The notes under the pieces are model-generated. The model was given only the letters and a program-made list of their open reading frames with translations. It had not been told where the DNA came from and searched no databases. A DNA stretch of 62,965 bases, counting the filler, from Choristocarpus tenellus KU-1152 (lineage: Eukaryota; Protista; Phaeophyceae), in NCBI GenBank assembly GCA_964200185.2. It is 12 parts of 12 records of this genome, joined end to end, with 100 filler letters (N's around TTAATTAATTAA, not from the genome) between each part and the next. Parts side by side here need not be neighbours in the genome. Positions count along the whole stretch, not along the records: positions 1 to 8,577 come from CAXNAD020004570.1; positions 8,678 to 14,335 come from CAXNAD020010102.1; 10 more parts are not named here. One strand, given 5' to 3'. Position 1 is the first letter of the stretch, and each line of letters begins with the position of its first letter. The translations under genes and the position numbers were made by a program. Below are positions 1 to 13,000 of this stretch, piece after piece.

Positions 1-36
1 ATAATAAAAAAAAAATAGGAATTGGATATTTGTTAT

Positions 37-285
37 GAGTGAAGGTGTCTTAGGGGGTACAATTTTTGCCCTGTTTATCCCTTTCGGGCTTGACTTCCCA
101 TATTTTTTTCATGACATTTTACCATTTCGGAGCAGGTAAAATGTGTACGTAATGAAAAGGTGTGTCCAGAACGTGGATATTGACACTTCCTAACAAACAC
201 AACAGTCAAAATTATATCAAAATCGCATCATCGGATTTTGACCCCCAAATGGACACGGGCTCTACCCTTTAAGATACTTTAGCTC
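37..285. mobile_element. MITE family B copy (GAG...CTC termini, 4-bp TSD TTAT)
   Basis: Inverted termini GAGTGAAGGTGTCTTAGGGGGTA / TACCCTTTAAGATACTTTAGCTC, flanked by TTAT on both sides. Homologous to 35935-36218 and 48908-49169. Confidence 0.85.
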
Positions 286-544
286 TTATCCATTCTATTT
301 TCTGTCCCTAAATTTCTGTGGGAGTGCTTGAAATGAAGATTAATTCAGATCCGTCTCTCTGATGCATGCATGTTTTGCCGTGACATATCTGTAAAATGTC
401 GGAGGGCAAAATAATATGTTGTATGCATGTTTACTCACGAGATAGACATTCTATTGCCATGTCACCTTACGGTTGTATAGTGTTTATTTACTGCCGTGAA
501 GACTTTCTTGGGTGCATTGATATCAACATTGCCTGAAAATAAAC

Positions 545-800
545 GGATGAGTTGGCTACACACGCAGTAGGAGGGAGAGGGGCGGGATATTATAGCAGGA
601 AAGGGACTGTCAAATCCTGCTTACGACATACACTGTCTGTCACGTCACAAGTGGCTCTCTCAAGAAGTGTCATATGCTTCAAGCTGGAGACGCCCAGCCA
701 GGTGGGCAAGGAGGGACCTGTCCGATTCTTGGGATGCTTCCCTAGTTCCTCGCCCAGTTATGTAGGGCTGAGCTAGGTTGGAAGCTTAACAGCAACGTAG
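545..800 (+). mobile_element. 3' fragment of CRE-like non-LTR retrotransposon
   Basis: Translates ATHAVGGRGAGYYSRKGTVKSCLRHTLSVTSQVALSR, matching the C-terminus and 3' UTR of the copy at 1120-2830 in the opposite orientation. Confidence 0.8.
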
Positions 801-1009
801 ACATAACATTGTAATTTTCAAGTTTCAAGGAAGTGCTTGTAGTATACCTGGCATTTAAATAGAAAATAGGTTTTAGAGATAAATTTCGAATTTACGAAAG
901 CTGTTACTGTTACGGGATCCTTGTGATATTGGTTTGACCCTTTCGCTGACACACCAGGAAAATGTCAAAAAAATAATAATAAATATATACAATTATATTG
1001 ATTATACCC

Positions 1010-1110
1010 TCTGAAATTTAACAGATGTGTCAAGGGAAAAAACGATGGAAACTATTCAAATGTCAGAAAAATCCCTAAAAAAGTAACCCTTGTCATAAAT
1101 GGGAAAAACA
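1010..1110. repeat. Dispersed ~100-bp repeat (also ~43980-44085 and ~61690-61790)
   Basis: Shared string CTGA..TTT...AGATGTGT.A.GGGAAAAA..GATG....C.A.TC.AAT.TCA.AA.AA.CCCT.AAAAAG.AAC..TTGTC.TA.ATG.GAAA in three contigs. Confidence 0.75.
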
Positions 1111-1119
1111 TTAATCGAT

Positions 1120-2830
1120 ATACTATCTTGCTACCAGGTATGCTGCCGCTGCCTTCCTGTGCCTCCAACCTAGCTTAGTCCTGCACCATAGGGTGAGGAG
1201 CTAGGAAAGCATCTCAAGAATTTATCAAGCCCCTCCTTGCCCATCTCCCTGGGGTCTCCAGCTTAAAATGCATGGCACGTCTAGACAGGGCCACCTGCGT
1301 TGTATCAGAGACTATTTGTCGTTGGCGGGATTTGACCCCCCCTTTCCTGTTGTAGCCTCCCGTCCCTCTCCCCCCTACCGCGTACATAGCTAGCACATCC
1401 AGGAAACGTTCCGCTTGCTTACCGAGGTGCCCAAAACTTTCCACTGCGAAGGTGTTGAGGTTATAACAACGAGGATCAAAAGAGCCCTTGTAGTGGGTGC
1501 GCTTTTGCGGCTCAGCTGCTGCAGCAGCTACACCATTGCTGGTGGATGAGTGTGGCAGGTGAGATGCTGCCTGCACTCAGCAAACGTAACATCCAGGAGG
1601 AGGCCTTCGTCTCTGTAGGGAGGTGATCTGGTGTCCGCGAGTGCACTGGCATGGAAGACCAGATCCATGCGGAATTTCCTATCTTCAGTGCAAGGGCTGC
1701 CGTCCTCCATAGTGTAATTGATGCCCATTCCTTTGCATGGTTGCCCCAGACGCTTCACCATCAGCGTGTGTTGGCGAACCTACCCTCCTGCCCTAGGGCA
1801 GGTGCAGGCATGTCTGGTGTCTAAACTCTGTCTCCTGCAACCAGTCACCGGGCACCTGTTTGATAAGGCCTCCTCTCTCCATGGGGATCTGCTGGCAGTG
1901 AGGTTGAACTCGACGGGGGAGATCTGGCATGCCAGCTCCAGGGGTTGTGTTAAGGCCTATGCATTTACCCCTTGTCCGCATTGGATCTGGTGGCATGTCA
2001 GGGCTAGCAAGGAACTCTCCTTCTCTTGCTCCACTTCATCAGGTAGGGCGACCAGTTGGGTTCGGAAGGAATTGAAGTGGATCTTGTTTAGGAGGGGGGT
2101 GATCTCGTTTTGTGCCCTCCTTGTAATCCTGGCATCGTGAGCTGCCAGAGTGTGGAACTCTGGGGCCAGTGTGGGGGATGTTGTTCCTCCCCAGGTTACT
2201 CAGCCTTGGTCAATAATTTCCGCTAGATCTTCTGAGGGGACTCCTGTAGAGAGGAAGGTGTGGATGGACGATCCCAGGGCCCATACTGTGGGGCTCGCAC
2301 AGATGACTTGTGAGAAAGACTCGCCATGAGACCCTTGCTGCCTTGCTAGGGGGAGAGTGGGCACTAGCGATCCTATGAAGGCTGCATGTTGGCGGTGCTT
2401 CATAGAGGAGAGGCCCAACCCCCCCGCACTTGTGGGTATCTGTGCCTGTACTTGTTGTTGGGTCTCTAGGCGGAGAGACCCATTGCTATACCCCCCCTCA
2501 AAAAAACCCATCGCCCCTGCCGAGTCTGCTACCTCCTTTATCTTCTCTGGGGTCCATAACAAGGTGTTGTATGCTTGCTCCATGGTGGAACGTACCAGGT
2601 GGGGGGGAGTGACCCTAGCCAGATAGCCTAGACGGTAGGAGAGGGACCAGGAGTTGAGGAGCCAGGCCACTTTTTTGTCCTCCATCTCGCTGAGATGTGT
2701 GACCAAAGTTGTGCACCGAGCTCTCGATTACCTCAGCCATGTGGGCTTGGATGAATCCATCTATTCCCACTGGAGCCTCCGATGTAACAGACCTATTTGG
2801 ATTCGGGGCTAGGTTGATTCCCACTGTGGA
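1120..2830 (-). mobile_element. Degenerate, 5'-truncated CRE-clade (RLE-type) non-LTR retrotransposon: RT C-terminus, zinc-knuckle region and restriction-like endonuclease
   Basis: Frameshifted ORFs give APVGIDGFI, RLGYLARVTPP and QIPTSAGGLGL (RT end/thumb), then RMDLV...LLLDVT...AEPQKRTHY...FAVESFGHLGKQAERFL. This is the PD-(D/E)xK RLE motif series typical of CRE-like elements. Confidence 0.85.
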
Positions 2831-5800
2831 TAGAAGCTCAAGTCCTGAGGGATAAAATTGTCCAAAATTCGAGGTGATACCTTTTCAAATGGATTGTTTT
2901 TTTCTTTTTAAGCTGTGACCTATTCTCCAATAGGTACATGATGTATGTCCACCATATCAAGTACACTTCATACGTCTCTTTTGAAACGAATAGGGTGCAT
3001 ATGACTGGATACCAGTATGCCAAATCTATTATTTTTACTTCTTTGCATTTTCTAAAAAGTTGGAAGAGACTCGAAGCTATACCATGAGTGGTAAGGTGAA
3101 CTTGTTACTGACATAATCAATTCAACAAGTTGAATGGGGCGTAAAATATGAGGTTTACAGATGACATAAGAATAATGTAATGATAGGCTTGGTACAATTC
3201 CAGATTCATTAATGTCATCAATTATATAATATTACATTAGCATCTTGTATAATATTACATTATTGAAACACTACGCAGTATAAATTATATTACTTGTATT
3301 GTATCAGTTTTAGAAATATTACATCGATTATTACTGAAATATCAGTTTCATTGTAATTATTATCAAAAGTGAAGATAGAAAATTTCACTGTTAACACCAT
3401 CCTGACCACGAAATTGTGAGTAGGCGTAACAATTAGACTCAGAAGCTAATTTTCTATGGGACTGTAAAACCCATCATTGTAGGCAGTGCGACAGATCATC
3501 ACACTTGCGAAGAAATTCTGAAGATCATGTTTTTATAGATGTCATTTGCAATGGTGATGATGAGAACACTCACAAAAAAGAAATATACGTAAGTAATGGA
3601 AGTATGAAGTCGTGTTGTAGACATAGGTGTCACATTGTTGAAGCAAGTTTTCTTGTTCGCCTATTAGATTATATTACGTATCTTATGGGAGGCCTCTCAA
3701 TTTTGACCCGCCATAGAGATGTGCTTGACGGATTGGTTGTATCAACAGGTCCAACATGGCTACTCTTCACATTGAAACTTGATGGTGGTAACCCCTCTCT
3801 CTGATTCTTTTGTGGGAGGATATTATTTTAGTGAGTGAATACATCATCACGGTTGGTAGTGCATTTGATATGCGGATGTACACATTGTCACTATTGTTCT
3901 TGAGTAATATTAATAAGAAGGTTGATTTAATCAACAGGGGGAGCACAAGAAATTCAAGCACCCCCATTAGTACTAATACATTATAATTTAGAGATCTCTT
4001 TCTGTCACCAAGTACACATATTCTCCCATCACACTCAGGCCCCAGTTAGGCACTCCAAATCACCCTGTGAATCGTGCAGAATCAGGAAACCGTGCTTTCA
4101 TCACATCTTCAACTCTCTGCAAGGATGGGACGCAAATCACATAATAGAGGCATTCAAAGAAGCCAGGCACCCACATAGAACAAGTACTAGGAGGAAGGTA
4201 CGAAGAATAATAATTAGGTAGTAGGTAAGTATATTAAGTAGAATCAAATGAGCAATTTAATGTTAGAGCTCTAGTACTACTACACTGTTACAGTGATGAT
4301 GGCAGCCCCATCACGATCAATAACAACTTTTGTATTACACAGGGTATGAAAGATGGCGTAGAGTGCAATAGGGTTCAAATCTGCCTATCTCTCAATTGTC
4401 TTGGCTCTTGCTTCTGTTCGAAACCACACGCAAATTTCCTGGGCCACACCCATAGTCCGTATGTCGCAGTAACAATAATAAATATTGTACTACCATTGTG
4501 CTACCTTTTTTTGCGCCTTGCTTCTCGAATGTTGTGTTCAGCAGCCACGGGTCGATACTGAGTTCAACCTACCGAGACGTAGGCAGGATTGCATTTTAAA
4601 TATCCTTGAGAAAGGACAAATAGGTGTATTTTTTATACAATTGCAGAAAGAGACTTTGATGAGACGTTGTGCCCCTTTGCACATGGAAAGGGGGACTATC
4701 GATTTTGTGTATGCATTGTGCACATGAAGCAATGAAATAGTATCTCTACTGGACATGGTAGGAAAGGTGATTTGGAATGCAAAAGGTTTCAAACCTGTCT
4801 ACTTCTCAATTGATTTGGCTCATTACGGTATTGCTCGTCGCTCCAACACCAGCCTCAAATCTTGTGGTGGACGCGCCTGAGCACTGCTTGGCAAAGGAGC
4901 TTTGCCACCTTCTTGGTCTGGCATTTTGGTGGTGTGGTATAGCGATATAGATTGCAGGATAGTACAGACAGATGCACAATCTGTGTTTATAGTAAATTGT
5001 GCTTGCCACCTTGCCTTGGGAAAACCAAAACCAGATTCCCAATGGAAACTTGTCTGGCGTTGACGAGGTTTGAACCAGCAAAATTCTTGGAGGAAGTAGT
5101 CTCCTTTCTCAACTGGTGACTGACCTTTTTGTCTTTGCAATTATAACCCCAAAACCTTTGCGGTAGATAGCTTCAGGTGTATTGGGGCATGCAGGCTTGA
5201 ACGGTTTGTGAATGAGGCAGGGATTCATGCTGTAGGTGGCAGGGGTGCAGGGGGTTTGAGTGTAGGAAGGGAGCTGTGAAAACACGCTCAAGAGAGATTG
5301 TATGAATTGTGGCGATGTCGAGAAGAGTGTCACGTTTGCCTCAGATGAGGGATCTCAGGGGGATAGGGTAGGAGAGGCTTATTGATGGATTTGGGGGATT
5401 CTTCCCTTACTTCTTGTTCGATTTCATAGAGTCAGGTCAGGATTTGTTTTTCGTTGTACTGTTATGTCTTGTTTTACATCATTACATACAAAACTGCTAC
5501 TTCATAAATATTACTAGACTGGTGGTGTTGTGAAATAACAAATATTTGGATAGTCACCTTCCTCTCAAGGTATGTATACCTTCAAGGCGTTCTTCCTATA
5601 GAAGGTATAATCAAATTTTGTTTGTTGATATGACATCAGCATTGCTTGCTGGTGAAGTCAATGTCGGGTTGTTGATTGGAACTTTCAACCCGCCTCATTC
5701 ACTTTCCCTGTACATTCTTCCCTCAGAGACGTTGTGAGGAATTGTTCACACTCCTGCCTTCCTTGTCTCTCTCCATTCCCTTTCTCGTGTGGGTTCTTCC

Positions 5801-6704
5801 TATTCCCCTTCATTGTGAAGAAAATGTGTGGTTGCTTCAATCTTTTTCATGTAATAATAATGGACAAGGTATCTATCTTGCTTTATTAACATTTCGTATA
5901 TATAATAACATGTGATACAGGTCAGGTTTTTCTTTCTACACACACAAAATGTCAGATGGCATAATAATAATATTGTAACACTTGGATGATCTATTATTGT
6001 ATTATTTGTATTTTGTTTAGTGGATTAATATGCCAAAAAGTTGTTTGTGATTTATGAAGGACCAAACAAATATCACACATCATCCACTTTCTGATTTCTT
6101 TTCTCGTTTTTTTCCTCTCTCTCCCTACTCTCTCTTATGTGTATTTTTTTCTGTATTTTGTTGAGAGACATCAACAACGGTAATGTTGTAGTACTATTGT
6201 GTTCGTTACCAATCACAAATCATAATGAGAGAAGTCCATCATATTGATGACAGACTGACCCATCACAGTGATTAAGGATACCAACTTTCGAAAGGCGTTT
6301 TGAGAGGACAAGCAAAACATAACAAAAGTATCGTGTAAGTTCATAAAAGTTGAGTTATTCCCCCCAACTGACAAACAAGTACAAGTACAATTCGCCAACA
6401 CCACATAAGACCACTTTCCATTACCAACTATATCTGGTGCACTGGTGCCGAGAACACGGAGTGTGACCCATGTTACACTTCACAGAATGCTTGGGGATCA
6501 CAGCTTTACTACTCTAGCTGTTGAACCTGTTTGGGTGGGTGTTTTGACAGCAAGCTCCTAAGGTATAGCGAGCCTGGTCATGCACAGGCAAAGATGTTTC
6601 CTGTGTGATGGGGGTGGACTCGCACATGTCACAATGACAGGTTTTGGATGGTACTATGCACTTTTAATTTTTTTGTGATCTCTCTGTCGTATACACATCT
6701 GTAG

Positions 6705-7396
6705 GTCCATGGCTTCCTCGGTTGCACGGAAGCTGCTGGGCTCTGTTGCAGAGGGGTTGAGAGGTGCACGGCGGTGGAAGTGGGGTGATGGAGACGAGCG
6801 AGAGCCTCTTACTGCGTCAAGGCTTCCAGAGATGGATTCATTCGACAGCATAGTACAAGGTCGAAGGCGTATGGGTTCGCCAACACCTCGTGGACCGCTA
6901 TCACCCCTCACAAAGAAGCCCGAGGATTCGAGGAATCCTATGTCCACAGAGATGTCACAGTTATCCTCTAGCAATAGGACTGGCCTGCGCAAGGTATGCC
7001 ACTGCAAACCTTTCCAATCAATTTTATCCAATGCAAGCACGTCACCGTGCGTTGTCTCTGTACCAATGACATCGGCAGCCTTTTCCTCGCTCTATGACAT
7101 GCTCGATTGTCGATACGGCTTATGCTGTTAGAGGTTTGTCTCCTGGTTTCTCTGCAGTATGGATAGCTCGATTCTTAGCCGCGACCGGTTGCTGGACTAT
7201 GAGGACATTTAAGGCGTTGAACACCCTTCAATCTATCCTCTTCTTACCCACTTAATTCTCCCAATTGACAGTTTCTAGCTAAGAAAGGAATTTCTACCGA
7301 TCACATTGTAAAGGGCTTTGGCGTATTAGAGGATGAAGAGGAGGAATGGTCCTTGCTCATGGGATCGACTTTCCTTGAAGATGCGCTGGCGTACAG
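6705..7396 (+). CDS. Two internal exons of an unidentified protein-coding gene (6705-6993, 7272-7396)
   Basis: Pyrimidine tract + TAG acceptor, AAG|GTATGC donor, TTGACAG acceptor, CAG|GCAAGT (GC) donor. The join is in frame: SMASSVARKLLG...TGLRK|FLAKKGISTDHIVKGFGVLEDEEEEWSLLMGSTFLEDALAY. Confidence 0.65.
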
Positions 7397-8508
7397 GCAA
7401 GTATCAAGACCGTAACTTCCTACTTCAGCAACCGCACATGCCCATATATTCGTAGATAACCTTCTCTACCATTTTCATGTTTTTTTGTGTAAAGAGTATT
7501 TGCCTTGCCCAATGACTTCATGGGACTGACCCTGTTTTTCTGTTGCACACTATCCTGTCTGTTCTCTCTTGCCCCACACATTGTAGATCAACCTATTATG
7601 AAACTCACCTTTTCCCACTCGGAAATAAATAATCTGTATGACGCATTTACAACAAAGATTGGGGAGCATTTGTACAAACCACACCATTAAAAGTTGATAG
7701 TGTCTGGCATCCAGTGAGTGTTTAGTTGGTTGTCCTTGAACAGTGCAGATTGTGTACTTCACGTGGCAGTTGCACTCAAACTTAGCCTTGAACTGGCATG
7801 CATGTGCATTATATGTGTACTGAGGTGGATGGTAATGCACAGTAGTGAAACAGAAACTTGGAATTTCGAGGGAGGGAGGGGGGCAATTATATGATCACTA
7901 GTTAGCTGTAGGTTAAGGTTAGGGTTATCATTTACTGGTGCTCAGAACAATAACAAGCACTTCATTTGTACACTCTTGATCATAAAGCAGACTGTAATCA
8001 AACCTCTTGTAAGATCTGTCTTGACCTGGGATCTGTGCATGGGGTATGTTATTTATGTGTGGAATGTGCAACCACCAGCAGGCGTTGTAGATTACTTGCG
8101 CTTATGGGAGGCGTTTTGTCCTGTGACAATGTCTTCACGTGTCTTCACATGGCTGTTACGAACCTTGGATCCAAGGAGATAACCAACTTTGGTCTCCTTG
8201 AGCCTTTATATAGATTGAAGCACTTGATGTAGCTCAGCGATAAGACAGCTGAGACCCGTTTGTGTGGGTTGTATCTCTCCTTTTATATACTTGGTGCAGC
8301 AGAGGGGGGCGAAGCTTTCCGTTGGTTGAGGTGTAGAGAATGTGGGCAGGTTGATGCTTGAAGGTACTCTTTGTACTCTCTCCAGGCCAAAATATAGTGT
8401 AGGTTTGTGTCTGTTTGCATTTTGACCCTTGTGCTGTACCTAGTGGAAGGGAGACTGACTGACTGTCCACCATCATAGATGTACTACTTCTGACCTGCCC
8501 TGTCGATG

Positions 8509-8547
<39 letters not shown>

Positions 8548-8577
8548 ACCCCCAAACCACTGTCGCCGATACCAACG

Positions 8578-8677
8578 NNNNNNNNNNNNNNNNNNNNNNN
8601 NNNNNNNNNNNNNNNNNNNNNTTAATTAATTAANNNNNNNNNNNNNNNNNNNNNNNNNNNNNNNNNNNNNNNNNNNN
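8578..8677. other. Artificial contig linker N44-TTAATTAATTAA-N44 (also about 14336, 17448, 23601, 30555, 33406, 37366, 41042, 44582, 48450, 52594)
   Basis: Identical 100-nt spacer with stop codons in all six frames, repeated 11 times. Confidence 0.98.
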
Positions 8678-8938
8678 TGGGCCAAACCCATCCTCCATAG
8701 TATGCTCCATCCTCAATTTTGCTGAGAGGCTGTTAGATGAAGGTACAGCACACCTACCAGCAATACACCAATAGATACCTCCAAGGGTCTCTCAGGTCGG
8801 ATTCAATACCCACTCCAAAGCTCCACAGGTGGTAATGCCGCCTGTGTTTGGTGATTGTGTTAACTTCCTTCACATGGTGATCTTTTTGTCCAAGCAACGA
8901 TGACGATCCCCACCACTCTCGAGAAGGTTTGTTGTATA

Positions 8939-10088
8939 CTCCCTCTGTCCGGTAAGTCTGTTCAACGTCCAGTCAGCGAGTCATAACTCCAGATCCACAA
9001 CGAGATGCCATGCAAACGGGTCACCATGTGAAAGCGCTGGATCTGCTCTCTGTCACTGTCTATTGGAAATTTGATTTTGGGCTGCAATCTGTTCCGAAAT
9101 CTACGGCTAAGTATCGAAACTTTTTGGGGTAGCTCCGCCGCGATTCTGGAGTGGCACAGTAAGGGTAGGGTACTTTGCAACAACGAGAAAGGGTCAAACA
9201 GCAGCGAGATGACTGAACCTTGCAGCCCATCCAACCGTGGGAACAAAGGGTAGTTGTCTGTGGAGAGTTGCCACGCGTTGGTTATGCGATATGCGCTTGC
9301 GTTGCCTCCTCAACAAAAGAGCCTGCCGAGAGGTGTTGGCTCAGCTCTCTCGAGGAGTTCAAGGTTTCCAAAGTCTACACCTCCAGGCTGTGGAACAAGG
9401 CAGCGGAGCAGCTCATCACCGGCCACACGCTGGTCCTTGACGCCAAGAAGAGGTCTGGTGCTCCTGTGGTCTTCACGCCAACGAAAAAGCAGAGGATCAT
9501 CAAGGTCAACTCTGAATGCAGACATCTGACCATTCGGCAGTTCAGGGTCGAGCTCAAAGAGTCCAACGTAAATGTCAGCAAGTCGCAGCTCCAGACCCCT
9601 TCAACGACCGCTGGAGCTGCTCCGTTGCCTTGTCCCACAGCCTGGAGGCGTAGCCTTTGAAGACCTTGAACTCCTCGAGAGAGCTGAGCCAACAACTCTC
9701 GGCAGACTCTTTTGTCAAGGAGGCAACGCAAGCGCATATCGCATAACCAACGCGTGGCAACTCTCCACAGACAACTACCCTTTGTCCCCACGGTTGGATG
9801 GGCTGCAAGGTTCGGCCATCTGGCTGCTATTTGATCCTTTCTCGTTGTTGCAAAGTACCCTACCCTTACTGTGTCGCTCCAGAATCGCGGCGGAGCTACC
9901 CCAAAAAGTTTCGATATTTAGCCATAGTTTTCGGAACAGATCGCAGTCCAAAATCAGATTTCCAATAGACAGTGACAGAGAGCAGATCCAATGCTTTCAC
10001 ATGGTGACCCATTTGCATGGCATCTCGACATGGATCTGGAGTTATGACTCACTGACTGGACGTTGAACAGACTGATGGGTCAGAGGAG
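8939..10088. mobile_element. Fold-back Tc1/mariner derivative with Stowaway-like ends and ~475-bp inverted arms
   Basis: TA|CTCCCTCTGTCC...GGTCAGAGGAG|TA. Arms 8939-9414 and 9614-10088 are near-perfect reverse complements. Encodes transposase N-terminus (FKVSKVYTSRLWNKAAEQLITGHTLVLDAKKRSGAPVVFTPTK), homologous to the ORF at 33770. Confidence 0.9.
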
Positions 10089-13000
10089 TACATTAGTAAT
10101 TCACTCATCAGAACGAAGTGAGCTGATCTTTGTCCATGAGGGCAATCATTAACTGAACTACGTTGTCATCCATCTGTTGTCGGTTTCATTCTACCTTTTG
10201 GCCGTTGACTCTCAATCATCCTTTATGTTGTACCGACAGCTGGTTCTTGCCCTTGCTTACTCCTTCCTGCCTCTGACTTCCACTGTGTTCTTTATAACAA
10301 GTGAAGTACAATACCAATCTCACCATTCCCCATCACAAAAACTGTCCACAGCAAAAAACGCAATCTATCACAGACACTCTGACTGCTTCTTCGACCTCCA
10401 CAGCTATAATAATAGTCCTTGTGTGTCAGTTTTACACTAACCATCAAAAAAAAAAACGAATGCAGGGGGGGTGTATGGTAGAATGTAAGCCAATCCTACT
10501 TACCCAAAATAGTGCAATATCCATGCATAGAGGATGCACCACAGTTACAGAATATGTGCTGTACACTTCTTTTTTATCTCACAGGTTAAAGTAAAACATT
10601 GTACGTGGGCACACTAAATCTTAACATGGAGTAGCACCTCATCCAGATTGAATCATATGCTTAATAGTCGGCTGCCCTTCTTGATTTCTTTTTAACAAAA
10701 GTTTTCATCTGCTCATGGCATATCCCTCACCATCTACCTTGACATATCGTGCAATTCGATGTGTAACAACAGTTCTTAAGAGTCACATAGGGTGGAAACT
10801 TCCACAACAGTCGCGGAGGACCTGCTCCTTGCCCTGATATATCACCACCTTCAAACAGCCTTTCCTATCCCACCATCCCATTTAGGGCCTTCCACGGTAT
10901 ACGTGACAGCTTGCACACACACTACATGGAGCTAACGATTGTTGCTACGTCGACGAATAACAAACCTCATGGCTATCACAAAAAAAAATAACAGCGCAGG
11001 TCACCACGTGGTCTGAATTCACCTTTCAACAGGGTCATCCATCCACGCTACGCCAGGCATGAGCAATGATAGTCATCTGAGCTATCCAAACTTAGAGGGG
11101 GGTGTCGTTGACCGCCTTCTTGCACATCTACCACTCCGAAGGGCAATTTTGTGCTAATTATGTGTATGAGTCACCATCTACTCTTCTACGGCCACAGACT
11201 CCTAGAAGGGGATAGCTGCATTTCACGTATGGGAATAGGGTATCAGCAGACAGAAAAGGTTTTTGAAAAACGCTCTAAATATATTCATTTTTCATTCAAG
11301 GGTCAAAACAGACCCCCTTCTAAGTTAGGACAGCTCTCAACACCATTTAGAATAGGCTACTATTTCATGTACCATTCCTCGAATATAAAACATCATACAA
11401 TAGTACAGTGCCACTTGAAATTTCTCATTGAGCAGCAGATCCTTCTCCCCAATCACCTGTTCAGAAATGGAGTAAATAGGGAACCATCACACAGACAAAC
11501 ATCATATCAGGGTGGTGAACAGCTAAAACACCACACATAGATAAAACTGCAGCCCCCTCTTTATTCCAGTATAGGAAGGTACACCATGTCATTGTCTGAC
11601 AAGACATACATGATGGTAAAAAACCTGACAAGAAGCGCTTGAGAACAATCGGCTGGAAAATGAACAAAAAAACACCTGGGATACAAGAAAAGCAGCAGAA
11701 ACAACAATGCCACTTTGGGGTACACCTTTAGCCTTCAACACACTTTAAAAAGCACTTGCGGGACAAACCAGGGCAAGGCATGACGCTCACCAACTCCTTC
11801 CTCCACTTGGCCACACCCCCATTGCCCCTCCTCCCCTCCCCCCCCTACACACAAACTGGAAAGACCCTGGCCAACACATCCCCATAGCCTTCTTTCTACT
11901 GAGTCATACTAACTGAGAGGAGTTCATCCCCAGAAATGTGCAAGAAACATGCACGTTTGCACACTCCAACAAGGACAGTTGGTACAACAACACTGTGTTG
12001 TGGGTGATAACTACTTTTTTGTCAGTCTCTGTCAGTCTCTCTTGTACAATGACACCTCAGTAAAAGAAAAGCAAATATGAGAGTAGGGTGTACCGTACAG
12101 AGGAAAAAAAGAATTAAAAATATGCCAGAACAAACCTCCAAAGATCGTGTGTGCCTCTCTCTCAGTTAGTGCGACTCAATGCTACCACGACGTAGGAACA
12201 GTTTCGAAAAAAGGAGAAAAATGAATGGGAGGCAAAAAATCGCACCGCATTGGATCGCCTCACAAAAACGCTCCCCAAGAATAAGCAAATCCTTTTTCTC
12301 AAAAACTATCATGTTTTGAACCCCTTCCGTCATCTAACACAAACCCCTCAGTCCACTATGCCACAAGGAGACTCCTACCTCACTGAAAAAACCCCACCCC
12401 CAACAGTAATTGCCAAGAGTAGTTGTGTACACGCCTCCCAATGCCTATCCCCTCCCCACTACTACACAAGCTCCTACAAATTCAAGTCTATTTTAGTAGT
12501 AGTTGCCATGCCCTTCCCCTGTCCTGCCTGGAGTGGGAGGTTGAGACCACTGCCGTCCTCCCATCCCAAATCCTGCCCTATCACCCCTGGTTCCATCTTC
12601 AGAACCCTGAAAGTCCTCATCCATCAAGTCCTCCCCCCCCCTCCCACCATCGCCAATGTCCCTCTGCACCTGACCAACAAGACTCATAATTGTTGCGTAA
12701 AGGCCGGTTGCCATAGCCATCAAGCGGTCTTTGATCTGGCAGGACAATACACAACAGGGTCACCGAGGGGGGTGAGGAGACCTACTAGATGAGGAGGGGA
12801 GAGGGGGGGGGGGGGGAAAAGAGAAGCTCGGAATATCGGCAGTAGAAAAAAGAGGAGACAAGAGGCAGGTGTACCAATAGCACTGGATCCAACGGTTGAC
12901 TCAATAGGTCCAGAACAACTTTGTGAAACTGTAGCACCAGCTCTACAGTTGTGTTTCACACAAACAGCTCAGTTAGGTAGGTTACACACACACACACACA

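Noticed and set aside
4806-5333. Overlapping minus-strand ORFs as a gene or RNase H fragment
   Set aside because: No convincing motif or splice-consistent model.
8578-8677. TTAATTAATTAA motif recurring 11 times as a possible biological repeat or piggyBac site
   Set aside because: It is always centred in N44...N44, so it is a six-frame-stop concatenation linker.
8962-10066. Paired ORFs (8962-9246 minus, 9572-10066 plus and others) as duplicated genes
   Set aside because: They are antisense or alternative frames of the fold-back arms.
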